Source: Cyanophyceae cyanobacterium (GTDB lineage Bacteria > Cyanobacteriota > Cyanobacteriia > Cyanobacteriales > Laspinemataceae). Taken from it: a stretch of DNA of 64,000 nucleotides. A program made the position numbers and the translations under genes. Location of the stretch: positions 13,124 to 77,123 of the forward strand of contig JBBQFN010000024.1 of the NCBI GenBank assembly GCA_038321985.1. Direction: 5' to 3'. A model generated the notes under the pieces. That model was given only the letters and a program-made list of their open reading frames with translations, did not search any database and was not told the DNA's origin. Every line of letters begins with the position of its first letter. Positions within the stretch are counted from its first letter, which is position 1. Of the stretch, positions 10,478 to 20,159 are shown in pieces.

Positions 10478-10527
10478 GCACCCTAAAGGGTGGGGTTATA
10501 CGGACTAAGCCCGCAGTTGCGGGCTAA
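10478..10527. repeat. REP-like double hairpin (GCACCCTAAAGGGTG...AAGCCCGCAGTTGCGGGCTAA)
   Basis: Two palindromes between convergent genes; second copy at 15234-15305. Confidence 0.75.
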
Positions 10528-10564
10528 TATAGAGTAATTTATCGACTTTTAAAATGCAACTTTA

Positions 10565-11107
10565 TTATTCAAATACCGGCGGCCATAAATCAGAAATTGG
10601 CATCTCCCAACCGGAGAATAATTCGGGAAGGGTCAAGGTATCTTCACTATTTAATATGGTAGTTTCTCCGTTGGGACGATAGACGGTGACGGTTTCTTTA
10701 TCCGGATCTACTAATATTCCGACTGTTGTTCCTAATGCTAAAAATAGTTTGATTTTATCCGCGAGGGGATTAATGCGATCTCTTTTGGATTTAATCTCCA
10801 CCATTAAATCTGGAACTAACCGCACAAAATCCCGATTACTGCGCTTGATTCGGTCCGCCCGAACAAAGGATACATCCGGTGCCCGCAAGTCCGTATTTGG
10901 TAGGATAAACCCACCACTGGAGTCATAAACTCGCCCCACTCGACGGGGGTTAACCCACAGTTTCAGCAAAAAGGTAAATTGAGCACCAATTTCGCTGGAT
11001 GTGTCATCGGATGGACCCATTGCATTAATACCTCCATCAATTAATTCCAGGTTCCACTCGGGATGTTCTAATTGAACTTGTTCCAGGTCGGCAATTGTTA
11101 AACTCAT
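10565..11107 (-). CDS. Uma2 family (PD-(D/E)XK) endonuclease-like protein
   Basis: ELIDG, GGFILP...RAPDVSF, PDLMVEIKS, LVDP motifs. Confidence 0.85.
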   Translation of the reverse strand: MSLTIADLEQVQLEHPEWNLELIDGGINAMGPSDDTSSEIGAQFTFLLKLWVNPRRVGRVYDSSGGFILPNTDLRAPDVSFVRADRIKRSNRDFVRLVPDLMVEIKSKRDRINPLADKIKLFLALGTTVGILVDPDKETVTVYRPNGETTILNSEDTLTLPELFSGWEMPISDLWPPVFE

Positions 11108-11137
11108 AACTTAACCTCTCTGTAGCTTTATTTAATT

Positions 11138-14080
11138 CTAGCTTAAATCCGGGTCAGTTTCAACCTGCTTTCTCTGACGAGATCGCATGGCTGCTTTGAG
11201 AATTCTCAGGCGATAGGGGTCTGCATCTTTGCGCCAATATAACAGGTTTCCGCGCAGTTCACTACAGTTTTCTTCTAAGCGTTTTTGCCAAGTTTTGAGG
11301 GTTTTAATCTCCCACGGTTTATCTAATAAACCCCGAGTTTCTTCGTGATGGGTCAGTTTAACCATTTTTTCATACTCGGGATATTCGGGGGTGACACAGG
11401 CATCTTTGCGATGGAGAATTGGCGGATTATCATCCTTGTCATAGTCTCGATAAATCACCCGTAAATCGATTAAATCAATATCCATGCGAGTATGTAAAAG
11501 GGGATGAGCTTCTTGGTCAAAATTGGGGTAAAATAAATAAGAGATTCTCGGCTTTTTTAGGCTAAACTTAATTAAAGTTGCTTCATCCATCCGCCCGATC
11601 GCCCGACTCACTACCCCTTCATAAATTCTCAGCAAGGGGTCGAGGGTTTCTAAGGCGGAAACATGAACTGTGAAACTATTGGGTTTGAGTAACCCAACGG
11701 AACTATTTTTACAACTGCTGGCAATTAACTGAATATCATTTAAGCTAAATACCAGTTGGTCTGCCATAATGCAAGCAGTTCGATAGGAGGGAAACAGCGC
11801 TTTAATATCATTTTGAATTTCCAAGGGTAAATGAGACAGTTGAACTCGTTTTAATAAGTTTGTAACGGCAATATAAGTTAGAAGGTCTTTGCGGCGTTTT
11901 TCTGTAATCGCCTCCCACTCTTCCGGATGGGTAAACTCCATAATGACTTTAAAGGCGCGTCGCAAATTACCAAATTCGGCAAGGATTTGGGGTTCTTCGG
12001 GGAGTTCTCCCGGAACTGGCAGTCTGCCGCGATCGCTGGCAAATTCCATGAGTGGCGTCAGGATTTCCCGATATTCATCAAAACTTTTCAGCAGTTTGGG
12101 AACCGTCGTCCGACTGCGGAAGCGATAGGATTGAATCAGTTGTGCGAGTTGTTGGTCCCGAAAAACAAAATAAATCCCCAATGCCACGGGAACTGCTTCC
12201 ACTTGCAGAACATTTTCGATATACTGTTTCAGTTCTTCTTGTTCATAATATTTCTGAAAAGTATGGCGGCGGGTAATCACCCCATCTCCATAAGCAACTT
12301 GACCACAATTGCGGTCATCGACTAACACTAAAGACGCAACAATTAACACTTTTTGGGTCAATTTCCAAGATTGAATTAACGCTTGTCGGCGTTCTTCTAA
12401 ATCTTCAATGACATTAATGATATAACCCAAATTTACCACATCCGCAGGAGTTAAAGGAGTATTTGGGGAATAATACGGGTCCCAACCATTACTCTGAAAT
12501 CCCTGTTCCGCAATCCGTTTAATATCCCCCCCATGACCACATCCATAATCAAAAAAGGTCGTTCCTTCGGTAAAAAATCCTGCTTCTAATCCTAATCGCG
12601 TTGGACGAGAGATGGCATTACGAACAATTGCAGCGCGATGGCGTTCGATTTTTGGAGTGGTTTTTAAGGATTTATAAGTTGTCGGTTCTGAGGTGACAAT
12701 GACCGTATGTCCTTGAATTTCAACCCCGGCATCGGCCAAACAATCTAACCATCCATTCCTTGTCCCAATCCCCCGGGACTTGTTTAAAAGTCCTAATTTT
12801 TCTTCTTTCTGGGTGAGAGTAGAAAACAGTTCATACAGCGGATAATCCGGGGTGACAAAGGTTTCTTTTCGGTGGAGAACTGGAGGATTATCCGCTTGGC
12901 AATAGTCTCGATAACGAATTCGACTATCAGGAAAATGAACCCTTAAACTTGCCTGTAATGAGGGATGCGGGTCGGTGTCAAATGCGGGGTAAAATAGATA
13001 AGAAATAATCGGTTTATCGAGGTTAAATTTAATTAAAGTAGCGCCATCCACTCGGCCTAAATGATGACGGTTAATTGCTTCATATAAACGCAAAATCGGA
13101 TCTAAGGATTCTATCGCCCAAACATGAATATACAATGCACCAGGTAGCTTTTTTCCCAGAAGACTATTTTGGCAAACGGTGGCAACTGCATCCGGAGATT
13201 CTAATTGGGATAACAAGGTTTGCGCCGATTGTTTTGCGTTAGTCCAATTCCCAAATAAAGCGCGCAGATTATAGGCAATTTGGGGGGATAATTCCGATAA
13301 GGTCGGAACGCGCTGTTTTTGGTGAATCAGACTTGCTAGATAAATTAATCCATCTTGACGGCATTTTTCCTGAATTTGCTCCCAAATTTCCGCCGAGGTT
13401 GCTGCTTTAATTTGATTAAATGCCTGTTCTAAACTGCCAAATATTTTGATAATTGTTTTGGCTGTGGATAACTCTTTTACCGTGGGTAACCGTCCCCAGT
13501 CACCGACAAACTCCATCAAGGGGGTGAGGATTTCTTCCTGTTCAATTAACGCAGTAGCATCGGGATTGAGGGGAGGAATTATTGAGCGCGATCGCCCTTG
13601 GTTGAAGTGATAAGTTTGCGCTTCTGCCGCATCCCGAAAGATAAAATAAACTCCCAGTCCCACTGGAATTGCCTCGACTGATAACGCCGTTTTGAGTTCT
13701 GATTTGAGTTCTTTTTGCTCATAATAGAAATGAACCGAATTCATCGGAATCACTCCATCTTTCCCATAAGCAATTTTTCCTTGATTCACCTCAGAAACAG
13801 TGACCGATGCTGCGACAATTAAGACTTTTTGGGTAAATTTCCAGGCATCGCGTAAGACATCCTGACGTTCTTCCGAGGACTGGATCACATTAAGGACATC
13901 GGCAAGATACACTACATCCGCAAGACGGTGATTTGTCTGTTGACTATAGTCTAAAAATGTTGTTTCAGCACTCAGGATTCCCGCCTCTGTTGCAAGTCCC
14001 AGGGGACGAGGTAGATGGCGGTGAACCGATGCCAAACGGTTTAGATGGGTTTGGGGTAGCGGCAAACTGGATTTATCCAT
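11138..14080 (-). CDS. DNA phosphorothioation-associated putative methyltransferase, two tandem repeats
   Basis: C-half ERHRAAI, FDYGCGHGGD, GWDPYY, VVNLGYIINVIE, TFQKYY, NPPILHRK; N-half repeats the architecture in degenerate form; adjacent to dndBCDE. Confidence 0.85.
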   Translation of the reverse strand: MDKSSLPLPQTHLNRLASVHRHLPRPLGLATEAGILSAETTFLDYSQQTNHRLADVVYLADVLNVIQSSEERQDVLRDAWKFTQKVLIVAASVTVSEVNQGKIAYGKDGVIPMNSVHFYYEQKELKSELKTALSVEAIPVGLGVYFIFRDAAEAQTYHFNQGRSRSIIPPLNPDATALIEQEEILTPLMEFVGDWGRLPTVKELSTAKTIIKIFGSLEQAFNQIKAATSAEIWEQIQEKCRQDGLIYLASLIHQKQRVPTLSELSPQIAYNLRALFGNWTNAKQSAQTLLSQLESPDAVATVCQNSLLGKKLPGALYIHVWAIESLDPILRLYEAINRHHLGRVDGATLIKFNLDKPIISYLFYPAFDTDPHPSLQASLRVHFPDSRIRYRDYCQADNPPVLHRKETFVTPDYPLYELFSTLTQKEEKLGLLNKSRGIGTRNGWLDCLADAGVEIQGHTVIVTSEPTTYKSLKTTPKIERHRAAIVRNAISRPTRLGLEAGFFTEGTTFFDYGCGHGGDIKRIAEQGFQSNGWDPYYSPNTPLTPADVVNLGYIINVIEDLEERRQALIQSWKLTQKVLIVASLVLVDDRNCGQVAYGDGVITRRHTFQKYYEQEELKQYIENVLQVEAVPVALGIYFVFRDQQLAQLIQSYRFRSRTTVPKLLKSFDEYREILTPLMEFASDRGRLPVPGELPEEPQILAEFGNLRRAFKVIMEFTHPEEWEAITEKRRKDLLTYIAVTNLLKRVQLSHLPLEIQNDIKALFPSYRTACIMADQLVFSLNDIQLIASSCKNSSVGLLKPNSFTVHVSALETLDPLLRIYEGVVSRAIGRMDEATLIKFSLKKPRISYLFYPNFDQEAHPLLHTRMDIDLIDLRVIYRDYDKDDNPPILHRKDACVTPEYPEYEKMVKLTHHEETRGLLDKPWEIKTLKTWQKRLEENCSELRGNLLYWRKDADPYRLRILKAAMRSRQRKQVETDPDLS

Positions 14081-14198
14081 AAGTTTGGAGGGGGAACTCA
14101 GCAGCGATCGTGACCCACCTTTTTCATACCACAAAATGGCTGCCGCCACTCTAAAAAATTATTGCCGCTACCCAGTTATTCCAAAACCCGCTTCTGAA

Positions 14199-14726
14199 CT
14201 AGGGGGTAAATTTACTACGGATGTCTTCGATTCGTTTGCGGTTCACCCCTAAATCAGATTGTCCTAACCGCGATGCCGATCGCACTTGAATTACATCTGA
14301 CTTGCGATCGAGAAAAAATTCCACATCATCCACATATCCCATTAAAGAACTGGTAAATTCAGCATACAAATAATGGGCGTCTGATTTAATCACTTGGGCA
14401 TTATCCATTTCTTCAATAATCTCCTTGAGATGGATAAACGCTTTTTTCGCTGAAGACTCATATCGTAACGGTTCAATCTGATGCTTTTTATCCGTTTTTT
14501 CTGCTTGGGAAGAGACACAATTGGGAGAAGTCGGACAAGGGGATAATTTGCCCATACTGACCCCTAAGTTATCGGGACGTTCCCCGGAAAAGGAAAATAC
14601 AGTGGCGATCGCATTCGGGGAAATCTCAGCAGCGAATGCCGCAGGAGTTGGACCCAAATAACACCAGATTGCCAAGGTGACTGAAAAACAGAGAGTGAGG
14701 AATTTTCCAGGAGATAAGTTGTACAT
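14199..14726 (-). CDS. DUF1499 family exported protein
   Basis: Signal-like N-terminus, CPTSPNCVSSQ, YVDDVEF, VRSASRLGQSDLGVNRKR. Confidence 0.85.
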   Translation of the reverse strand: MYNLSPGKFLTLCFSVTLAIWCYLGPTPAAFAAEISPNAIATVFSFSGERPDNLGVSMGKLSPCPTSPNCVSSQAEKTDKKHQIEPLRYESSAKKAFIHLKEIIEEMDNAQVIKSDAHYLYAEFTSSLMGYVDDVEFFLDRKSDVIQVRSASRLGQSDLGVNRKRIEDIRSKFTP

Positions 14727-14784
14727 AAATCACCGTTTGATGTAAAATACTCTTTTCATTCTAGCGGCAAAGGCGACTACTGGT

Positions 14785-15204
14785 TTACCGTTTTCCTTTT
14801 GATTCTTTCTCCCCTGTCTGACTTGCAACTGCCACATCAATTAAATGTTCAATTTTCTTGATATTCGGATCTCCTGCCAGATACCCAATCCCTCGATGTA
14901 GATGCAAGCGAAACTGTGTTGCCAATGTCTCTTTATCCGTCCCCAATCCATCTTGGTGACAGCGTTGTTTCAATGCCAAAATTAAAATATCTGACAGTTC
15001 CCCTCCAAACACTCGCCAACTCATTTCGACGTTACTATCTGCCGGAATCGGAACCGGAGATGGGGTAGAAGTTTCAGATAAAGACTTACAAAACGCCCAT
15101 CGGCATAAAATATTCCATTGGTCAATTTTAGTATAGCGTTTGAGTTTGCTGAGTTGTTCTTTGGCAGTTTGGGAGAGTTTAATTCGGTCTAATGGTGGTT
15201 CCAT
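14785..15204 (-). CDS. dndE: DNA sulfur modification protein DndE
   Basis: IKLSQTAKEQL..LKR.T.I..WNILCRWAFC.SL, FRLHLHRGIGYL; follows dndD; ATG 15204 preferred over GTG 15237, which lies in a repeat. Confidence 0.9.
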   Translation of the reverse strand: MEPPLDRIKLSQTAKEQLSKLKRYTKIDQWNILCRWAFCKSLSETSTPSPVPIPADSNVEMSWRVFGGELSDILILALKQRCHQDGLGTDKETLATQFRLHLHRGIGYLAGDPNIKKIEHLIDVAVASQTGEKESKGKR

Positions 15205-15233
15205 TGATGGTGTAAAATAAAGTGGAGAGGCCC

Positions 15234-15305
15234 GCACCCTGTTCGCGTAGCGTTCCGTTAGGAAAGGGTGGGACTATACGGACAAAGCCCGCCGGCGCGG
15301 GCTAA
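15234..15305. repeat. REP-like repeat (same family as 10478-10527) carrying a 22-bp insertion
   Basis: GCACCCT[GTTCGCGTAGCGTTCCGTTAGG]AAAGGGTGGGACTATACGGACAAAGCCCGCCGGCGCGGGCTAA. Confidence 0.75.
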
Positions 15306-15334
15306 GAATAGGGGGTTTGGGGTGATTTGATAGT

Positions 15335-17317
15335 TTACCAGAAATAGCCCGGTTCTACAACAGTTTTTCGGGTTTCGGGTTGATATTTGAGTAAGTAACT
15401 GTTGGCGATCGCCTCCTGTTGTACAAGATGCTCATACTCAGTCTTGCTAATTTCTGTATCCGTAGATAACAGAATCACTTGATGGGATGCTGAAGGAAAA
15501 TAGCGTTCAATTAGATTATTCCGATGGGAAGAATCCAACCGTCCCAAGGGGGTATCGATCGCCACTGGCAGATGCCGTCCCGAGACTCGCGCCAATCCCC
15601 ACAAAAAGGCGATCGCCAACAACTGCTTTTCCCCCGCCGAAAGACGATGTTTCGGCACCGGTTGACCTTCGGGGTCATAAAGCGACAATCCAAAACTTTG
15701 GGTATCAATCGCAATCCGATGAACTAAATCCGCTTTATGTAACAGATAGCGGAAACACTCCGTTACCTCTACCTCCAACTTATTTAACTTCCGCAGGGTC
15801 AACCGTTCCTTAAACAATTTCAGAGTTTCCTGAACCTTCTTCGATGACTCAATAATATGTTCATCATTTTGGCGTTCAATACTTGTTTCACTATAAACCG
15901 CCAATTCCTTCTTGAACCCATCAATACTTTTGCCTAACTTATCGCATCGCTGCTGACCATTATTATAGTCCCCTTGAGCTTTCACCACTGCCGCTTGTGC
16001 CGCCTTCAATGCCGCATCCAGTTGTTCATAAATCTCCGGAGAAGGTGCCGATGCCAGTTGCCGTTCATTGAAAGTAATATCTACCTCCACCGCCTCCAAA
16101 GACTGCAACTTTTCCCCTGCCAACTTCACCTGATTTGGCAATTCATGCCGCAAAATATTCGCCAACAAAGATAGGGTTTCCTCATCCGCCGCTAACCAGA
16201 AATCCTCCTCTGAACCAATTTCGCGATCGAGTGCCTCATCCTCCTGTTCCAGGAAGAACTTAACCTTATCCAACTGCTGCGGTTTCAGCTTCAAATTATC
16301 CAGATATTCTACCAGACGACTGCTGCGTTCCTTCACCACATCCCGCGCAATTTTCGCCTGAAAAGATTTTGCCTCCTTTTCCCCTTGAACCTGCACCTCA
16401 TTCAGCAACGGTTGAATCAAAACCAGAGGTAAACTCCCCCCAGCTAATTCTCCCAAAGACTCGCGTGTATGTTCCAGACTTCCCTCTAAACTGCGCTTTT
16501 CCTTTTCCAGTTGAGTCCGTTCCGCTGCAATTTTTCCCCCTTCAGAAATAAACTTATCCCAAGCATCCCGCTGCCGTTCATGCGCCTTTTCTAAGTTGTT
16601 TTGCAAACCCCCTAATTTTTGCCTTGCCTCATCTAATTCATCGTTAGATTTCGACAACTTTTGTTCAATTTCTTCTAAACTCGCCAACTGCTTGGCACTT
16701 GCCAACTTCTTCTGCTTCCGCCGGACCAAAATATCCAAATCTGTCGATAACCGTTCCGCCAACTCCAACCCTAACAAAGATTGAATCGCATCCACCACCA
16801 CCGGAGGCGGCGTTTCCTGTTCCGCCAATTCTTTTACCTGTTCCCCATCAAATAGAAACAGATTAGAAATCCCTAACGGCAACAAATTCTCGATATATTC
16901 ATCCCAAATATTCGTCAAATCCGTTCGCGGCCAATCTCCTTCCAAAATCCCTAAAGTATCCTTCCCATCCTTCGGATTGGCTTCCCAATAGCGCACAATC
17001 CGCAACTCAACCGCTGCATCATTTTCAAAATGCTCAAACACCAACTCAATCCGAGTTTTTTCCACCGGATCCGAATCCCGAGTTACACACTGAGTCAGGA
17101 AATCGCTATAACTCAAATTGCCTCGGGTCGAACATTGAGCACGAGGACCATAAAGCGCCAACCGAATGGCATCCATCAGGGTCGTTTTCCCCCCACCATT
17201 CATCCCCCCAAACAAGATAATCGGACGAGTTTCCCCATGAATTTGGGGACGTAAATCAATCACCTGTCGTCCCATATAGGGACCAAAGTTTTGCAGAACC
17301 AGTTCAATAAAAATCAC
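15335..17317 (-). CDS. dndD: DNA sulfur modification protein DndD (SMC-like ATPase)
   Basis: LQNFGPY, GMNGGGKTT Walker A, FLFDGEQV, coiled coil, LSAGEKQ, IDTPLGRLDS.HR, QVILLSTDTE. Confidence 0.93.
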   Translation of the reverse strand: MIFIELVLQNFGPYMGRQVIDLRPQIHGETRPIILFGGMNGGGKTTLMDAIRLALYGPRAQCSTRGNLSYSDFLTQCVTRDSDPVEKTRIELVFEHFENDAAVELRIVRYWEANPKDGKDTLGILEGDWPRTDLTNIWDEYIENLLPLGISNLFLFDGEQVKELAEQETPPPVVVDAIQSLLGLELAERLSTDLDILVRRKQKKLASAKQLASLEEIEQKLSKSNDELDEARQKLGGLQNNLEKAHERQRDAWDKFISEGGKIAAERTQLEKEKRSLEGSLEHTRESLGELAGGSLPLVLIQPLLNEVQVQGEKEAKSFQAKIARDVVKERSSRLVEYLDNLKLKPQQLDKVKFFLEQEDEALDREIGSEEDFWLAADEETLSLLANILRHELPNQVKLAGEKLQSLEAVEVDITFNERQLASAPSPEIYEQLDAALKAAQAAVVKAQGDYNNGQQRCDKLGKSIDGFKKELAVYSETSIERQNDEHIIESSKKVQETLKLFKERLTLRKLNKLEVEVTECFRYLLHKADLVHRIAIDTQSFGLSLYDPEGQPVPKHRLSAGEKQLLAIAFLWGLARVSGRHLPVAIDTPLGRLDSSHRNNLIERYFPSASHQVILLSTDTEISKTEYEHLVQQEAIANSYLLKYQPETRKTVVEPGYFW

Positions 17318-17405
17318 GATACAGTCAAGGTAATAAAGTCAACAGTAGGCAAAATTCCAACACCCCCCATTAGTAACGCCATCGGGTTAAGGGGGGTCTC
17401 TTCAA

Positions 17406-19034
17406 TTAATCCTCTACATCATCATCCTCAGTATCAAGAGTTGGATATTTCATCGTTCCCCAACTTAACTGTTTAACCCCAGCAACATCCTCATCAGTCG
17501 AAGAAAGTTTCATGTCCCGATTTTTGAGTTGTTTAATCGCATAAACATCCCCATCCTTAGCAGCAGTTTTCAGGTCCCGCTTGTAATGAGCATTTTCAAT
17601 CGCCTGTTCTTGCGATCGCGAACTACTCTCAAAGCATTTTTCTAAGGCATCATACACCCCAGTCCGCCGGGATTTTGTGTGATACTGATACTCGGTCCCA
17701 ATCAACTTTGCCATCAATTCCAAGTGCATTGTGTCCGGGTTGCAAATTTCCTGCAACACCTCCCACTCATCACTTCCCCACAACTGATTGCCAGCGCCAG
17801 GACGAGGGTCCTTAAACGGTTCCCCCGTCACTTCTTCATAAATTTTAGGCAAGCTATCGTCAAATTCATGCTTCTCTTCTAGCCAAATGCGACGAATTTC
17901 GCTCAATTCTTCTAAAGTAATTAGGGTAATGTCCCTCATTTCTTCTGGGGCAGTCTGACGGACCAAAGTTTGAGCTTCTAAAACTCGCCGAAGCCAGGTT
18001 TCTCGCCATTTTTTAGTGTAGGGACCCGGAATGTTGTAAACCGTTTTTTCACCGTCAACGTCCCGTTCAAAAAGTTCAACCTTCCCATAAATTCGACGAA
18101 AGTCTCTTCTATCGTGATCATTGTCAACATCGAGTTCATTCCGAATATCAAGAAGAGGCTGCATCCATTCCTTTTCTTCATCATTCTGGATCATCGCCTC
18201 CATCGATTTATCTTTACTGACCATTGTACAGACCCAACAGCCAAAGCGAGAATCACCACAACTCGGGGTAGTGGTATCAATGACGAGGGGACATTCACTA
18301 TCTGCCGTTGCACCTCGGTACATGGTTAATAAATGTTTATTATCCTGACCCCAAGGATTTTCCCATTGCATCAAGTACATCCAGACTTCATCAGTTCGCC
18401 AGTCCTCAATCGGAAGATAAATTAAAGAGTTGGGCCGGTTCGGATTTGTGTTTAGGCGATCGCGAACTCTCCATTCTCTATGTTTTGCCATAGTGCTTGC
18501 CCGCTTGGTACTCTCCGCCTTACGAGTTCCTAAAACCATAATGACTTCCCCGTTCGATCTAATAACTTCACGGATGAACGAGTCAGCAGGTTTGATTTTG
18601 AGGCGTTCTGTACACCATCTAAAACGGTTTCTGGGGGCTGGATATCCTTTACCAATTAAACAGGACCAAAAGGTGTCTTTGGCTGGTGGATAGGTTAAAT
18701 GCGGTTCAATTGGCATATTTTGGGCTTCGGCAGCCACCTTCATTTGTTCTAAGGATTTACGCACCCAAGAAGAAACAATCGGATTTTCAACCAGAGTATC
18801 ATTGGTAATAACATAAATTTTCTTATTGCGTTTTTCCGGCGGTAAAGCAGCGACGGCATTCCAAATAAGCTGCAAAATAGTAGTGCTATCTTTCCCTCCA
18901 GACCAACCCACAGCAAAAGGAATATCATCTTGACAATATAATTCCTGAATTTCTTTCGTTAAATCATCGATAGCTTCTACTAATTCACTAACGGTACGGG
19001 GCGGAAAGAGGGAGGCTTGGTTATTATTGCTCAT
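17406..19034 (-). CDS. dndC: DNA phosphorothioation sulfurtransferase DndC
   Basis: SGGKDS PP-loop, FRWCTERLKIKP, GTRKAES, ECPLVID, SRFGCWVC; ATG 19034 preferred. Confidence 0.93.
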   Translation of the reverse strand: MSNNNQASLFPPRTVSELVEAIDDLTKEIQELYCQDDIPFAVGWSGGKDSTTILQLIWNAVAALPPEKRNKKIYVITNDTLVENPIVSSWVRKSLEQMKVAAEAQNMPIEPHLTYPPAKDTFWSCLIGKGYPAPRNRFRWCTERLKIKPADSFIREVIRSNGEVIMVLGTRKAESTKRASTMAKHREWRVRDRLNTNPNRPNSLIYLPIEDWRTDEVWMYLMQWENPWGQDNKHLLTMYRGATADSECPLVIDTTTPSCGDSRFGCWVCTMVSKDKSMEAMIQNDEEKEWMQPLLDIRNELDVDNDHDRRDFRRIYGKVELFERDVDGEKTVYNIPGPYTKKWRETWLRRVLEAQTLVRQTAPEEMRDITLITLEELSEIRRIWLEEKHEFDDSLPKIYEEVTGEPFKDPRPGAGNQLWGSDEWEVLQEICNPDTMHLELMAKLIGTEYQYHTKSRRTGVYDALEKCFESSSRSQEQAIENAHYKRDLKTAAKDGDVYAIKQLKNRDMKLSSTDEDVAGVKQLSWGTMKYPTLDTEDDDVED

Positions 19035-19035
19035 T

Positions 19036-20010
19036 TTAGTTAGGTTGCGATGCATTAAGGACATGATTGAGATGCCATTGTAACGCCTCTATTCGAGGTA
19101 AATATTGTTGGTCACTTGGCAATAAAATGAGTTCCCCTTCAAAATCTTTGATTGGTTTACTATAGGGAGATTCTTCAATAAAATCATCAGCGACTATGAT
19201 TCTATAACTTTCATCAATTCCAAAACATCCTCTATCGAATCCCCAGTGATGATTTTTGCAGAACGATATTCCATTATCTACCTTGTTATCATTAAAAATG
19301 GCAAAAGGTTTGATATGAGCACCATCCACAATATTTTGGGTCAAGGATTTAGTCACTTTGAGGCGACATATCGAACATTTGTAATCGTAGAAATGAACGA
19401 CAGCTTTCCGAAATAAAGCATCTCGGACCAGAGATTTTCGTAAACTAAACTTTTTTTGAGTCTCTTCTCCCTCTTCGGTATTGTCATCGATTTGGTCTGC
19501 TGATTCTTGAATTTCTTGATTAACTTTTAAAATGTCTTCGATTTGATTAGATTTGGAAGCAAACCAGCTTGAAATCAAGGCATCAATTAATTCTTGTCTT
19601 GAGGCCAAATTTTGGAGGAGTTCAAACAACTGTTGATCCAGTCTAGCCAAAGCAATATCATGCTTCAGTTGACGGATCGATTGAGGACGCCCTCCTTCAT
19701 ATTCTTCTGTAAATTGAAGATGCCAGAACTTATAAGGGTCATTTTTTAAATGAAAAAAGGGATACACAATCTGGCTACTTTTGAAAGGTCCCATCCCCAA
19801 GAGAGACCAATATTTTTTAAAAGTTTCTATCAACTCATCCGAAATAAAAATTTCCCGTTCTGTAATTAAACCTTGGTTGATTAGGTCAATAACGGATAAA
19901 AGTAAAATAGGCTTGTTTAACGCCTCCCCTCTATAGACGTTAAGTTGGGCAAACCCTTTGGCATAATATCCTACATTTCGATAGTTCTGTGGTTCCGGTT
20001 CTTGCCTCAT
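19036..20010 (-). CDS. HNH endonuclease with N-terminal SBD-like (sulfur-binding) domain
   Basis: N-term ALNKPILLLS...YPFFHLKND..FWHL; C-term CSIC...GAHIKPF...NGISFCKNHHWGFDRG; GGAGG RBS before ATG 20010; stop 1 bp from dndC start. Confidence 0.8.
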   Translation of the reverse strand: MRQEPEPQNYRNVGYYAKGFAQLNVYRGEALNKPILLLSVIDLINQGLITEREIFISDELIETFKKYWSLLGMGPFKSSQIVYPFFHLKNDPYKFWHLQFTEEYEGGRPQSIRQLKHDIALARLDQQLFELLQNLASRQELIDALISSWFASKSNQIEDILKVNQEIQESADQIDDNTEEGEETQKKFSLRKSLVRDALFRKAVVHFYDYKCSICRLKVTKSLTQNIVDGAHIKPFAIFNDNKVDNGISFCKNHHWGFDRGCFGIDESYRIIVADDFIEESPYSKPIKDFEGELILLPSDQQYLPRIEALQWHLNHVLNASQPN

Positions 20011-20086
20011 TTCTCCCTCCTTCAAATCCCCCTAAATATGTTGACCGAATTCATTTTACCAATTCTCCGGGACCAAAAATGCCTGG

Positions 20087-20106
20087 ATTCCCGCCTAAGC
20101 GGGAAT
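20087..20106. repeat. ATTCCC-N8-GGGAAT hairpin
   Basis: ATTCCCGC-CTAA-GCGGGAAT between dndB and the HNH gene; related hairpin at 61252-61283. Confidence 0.6.
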
Positions 20107-20159
20107 GTCGGCATTTTTGCCTTCTGGGGTCGGTGTTGAGTGGGTTGATTTCTACCTTA

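Noticed and set aside
10565..11107. Uma2 protein as the Dnd restriction nuclease
   Set aside because: Uma2 paralogues are very numerous in cyanobacteria, so adjacency alone is weak evidence
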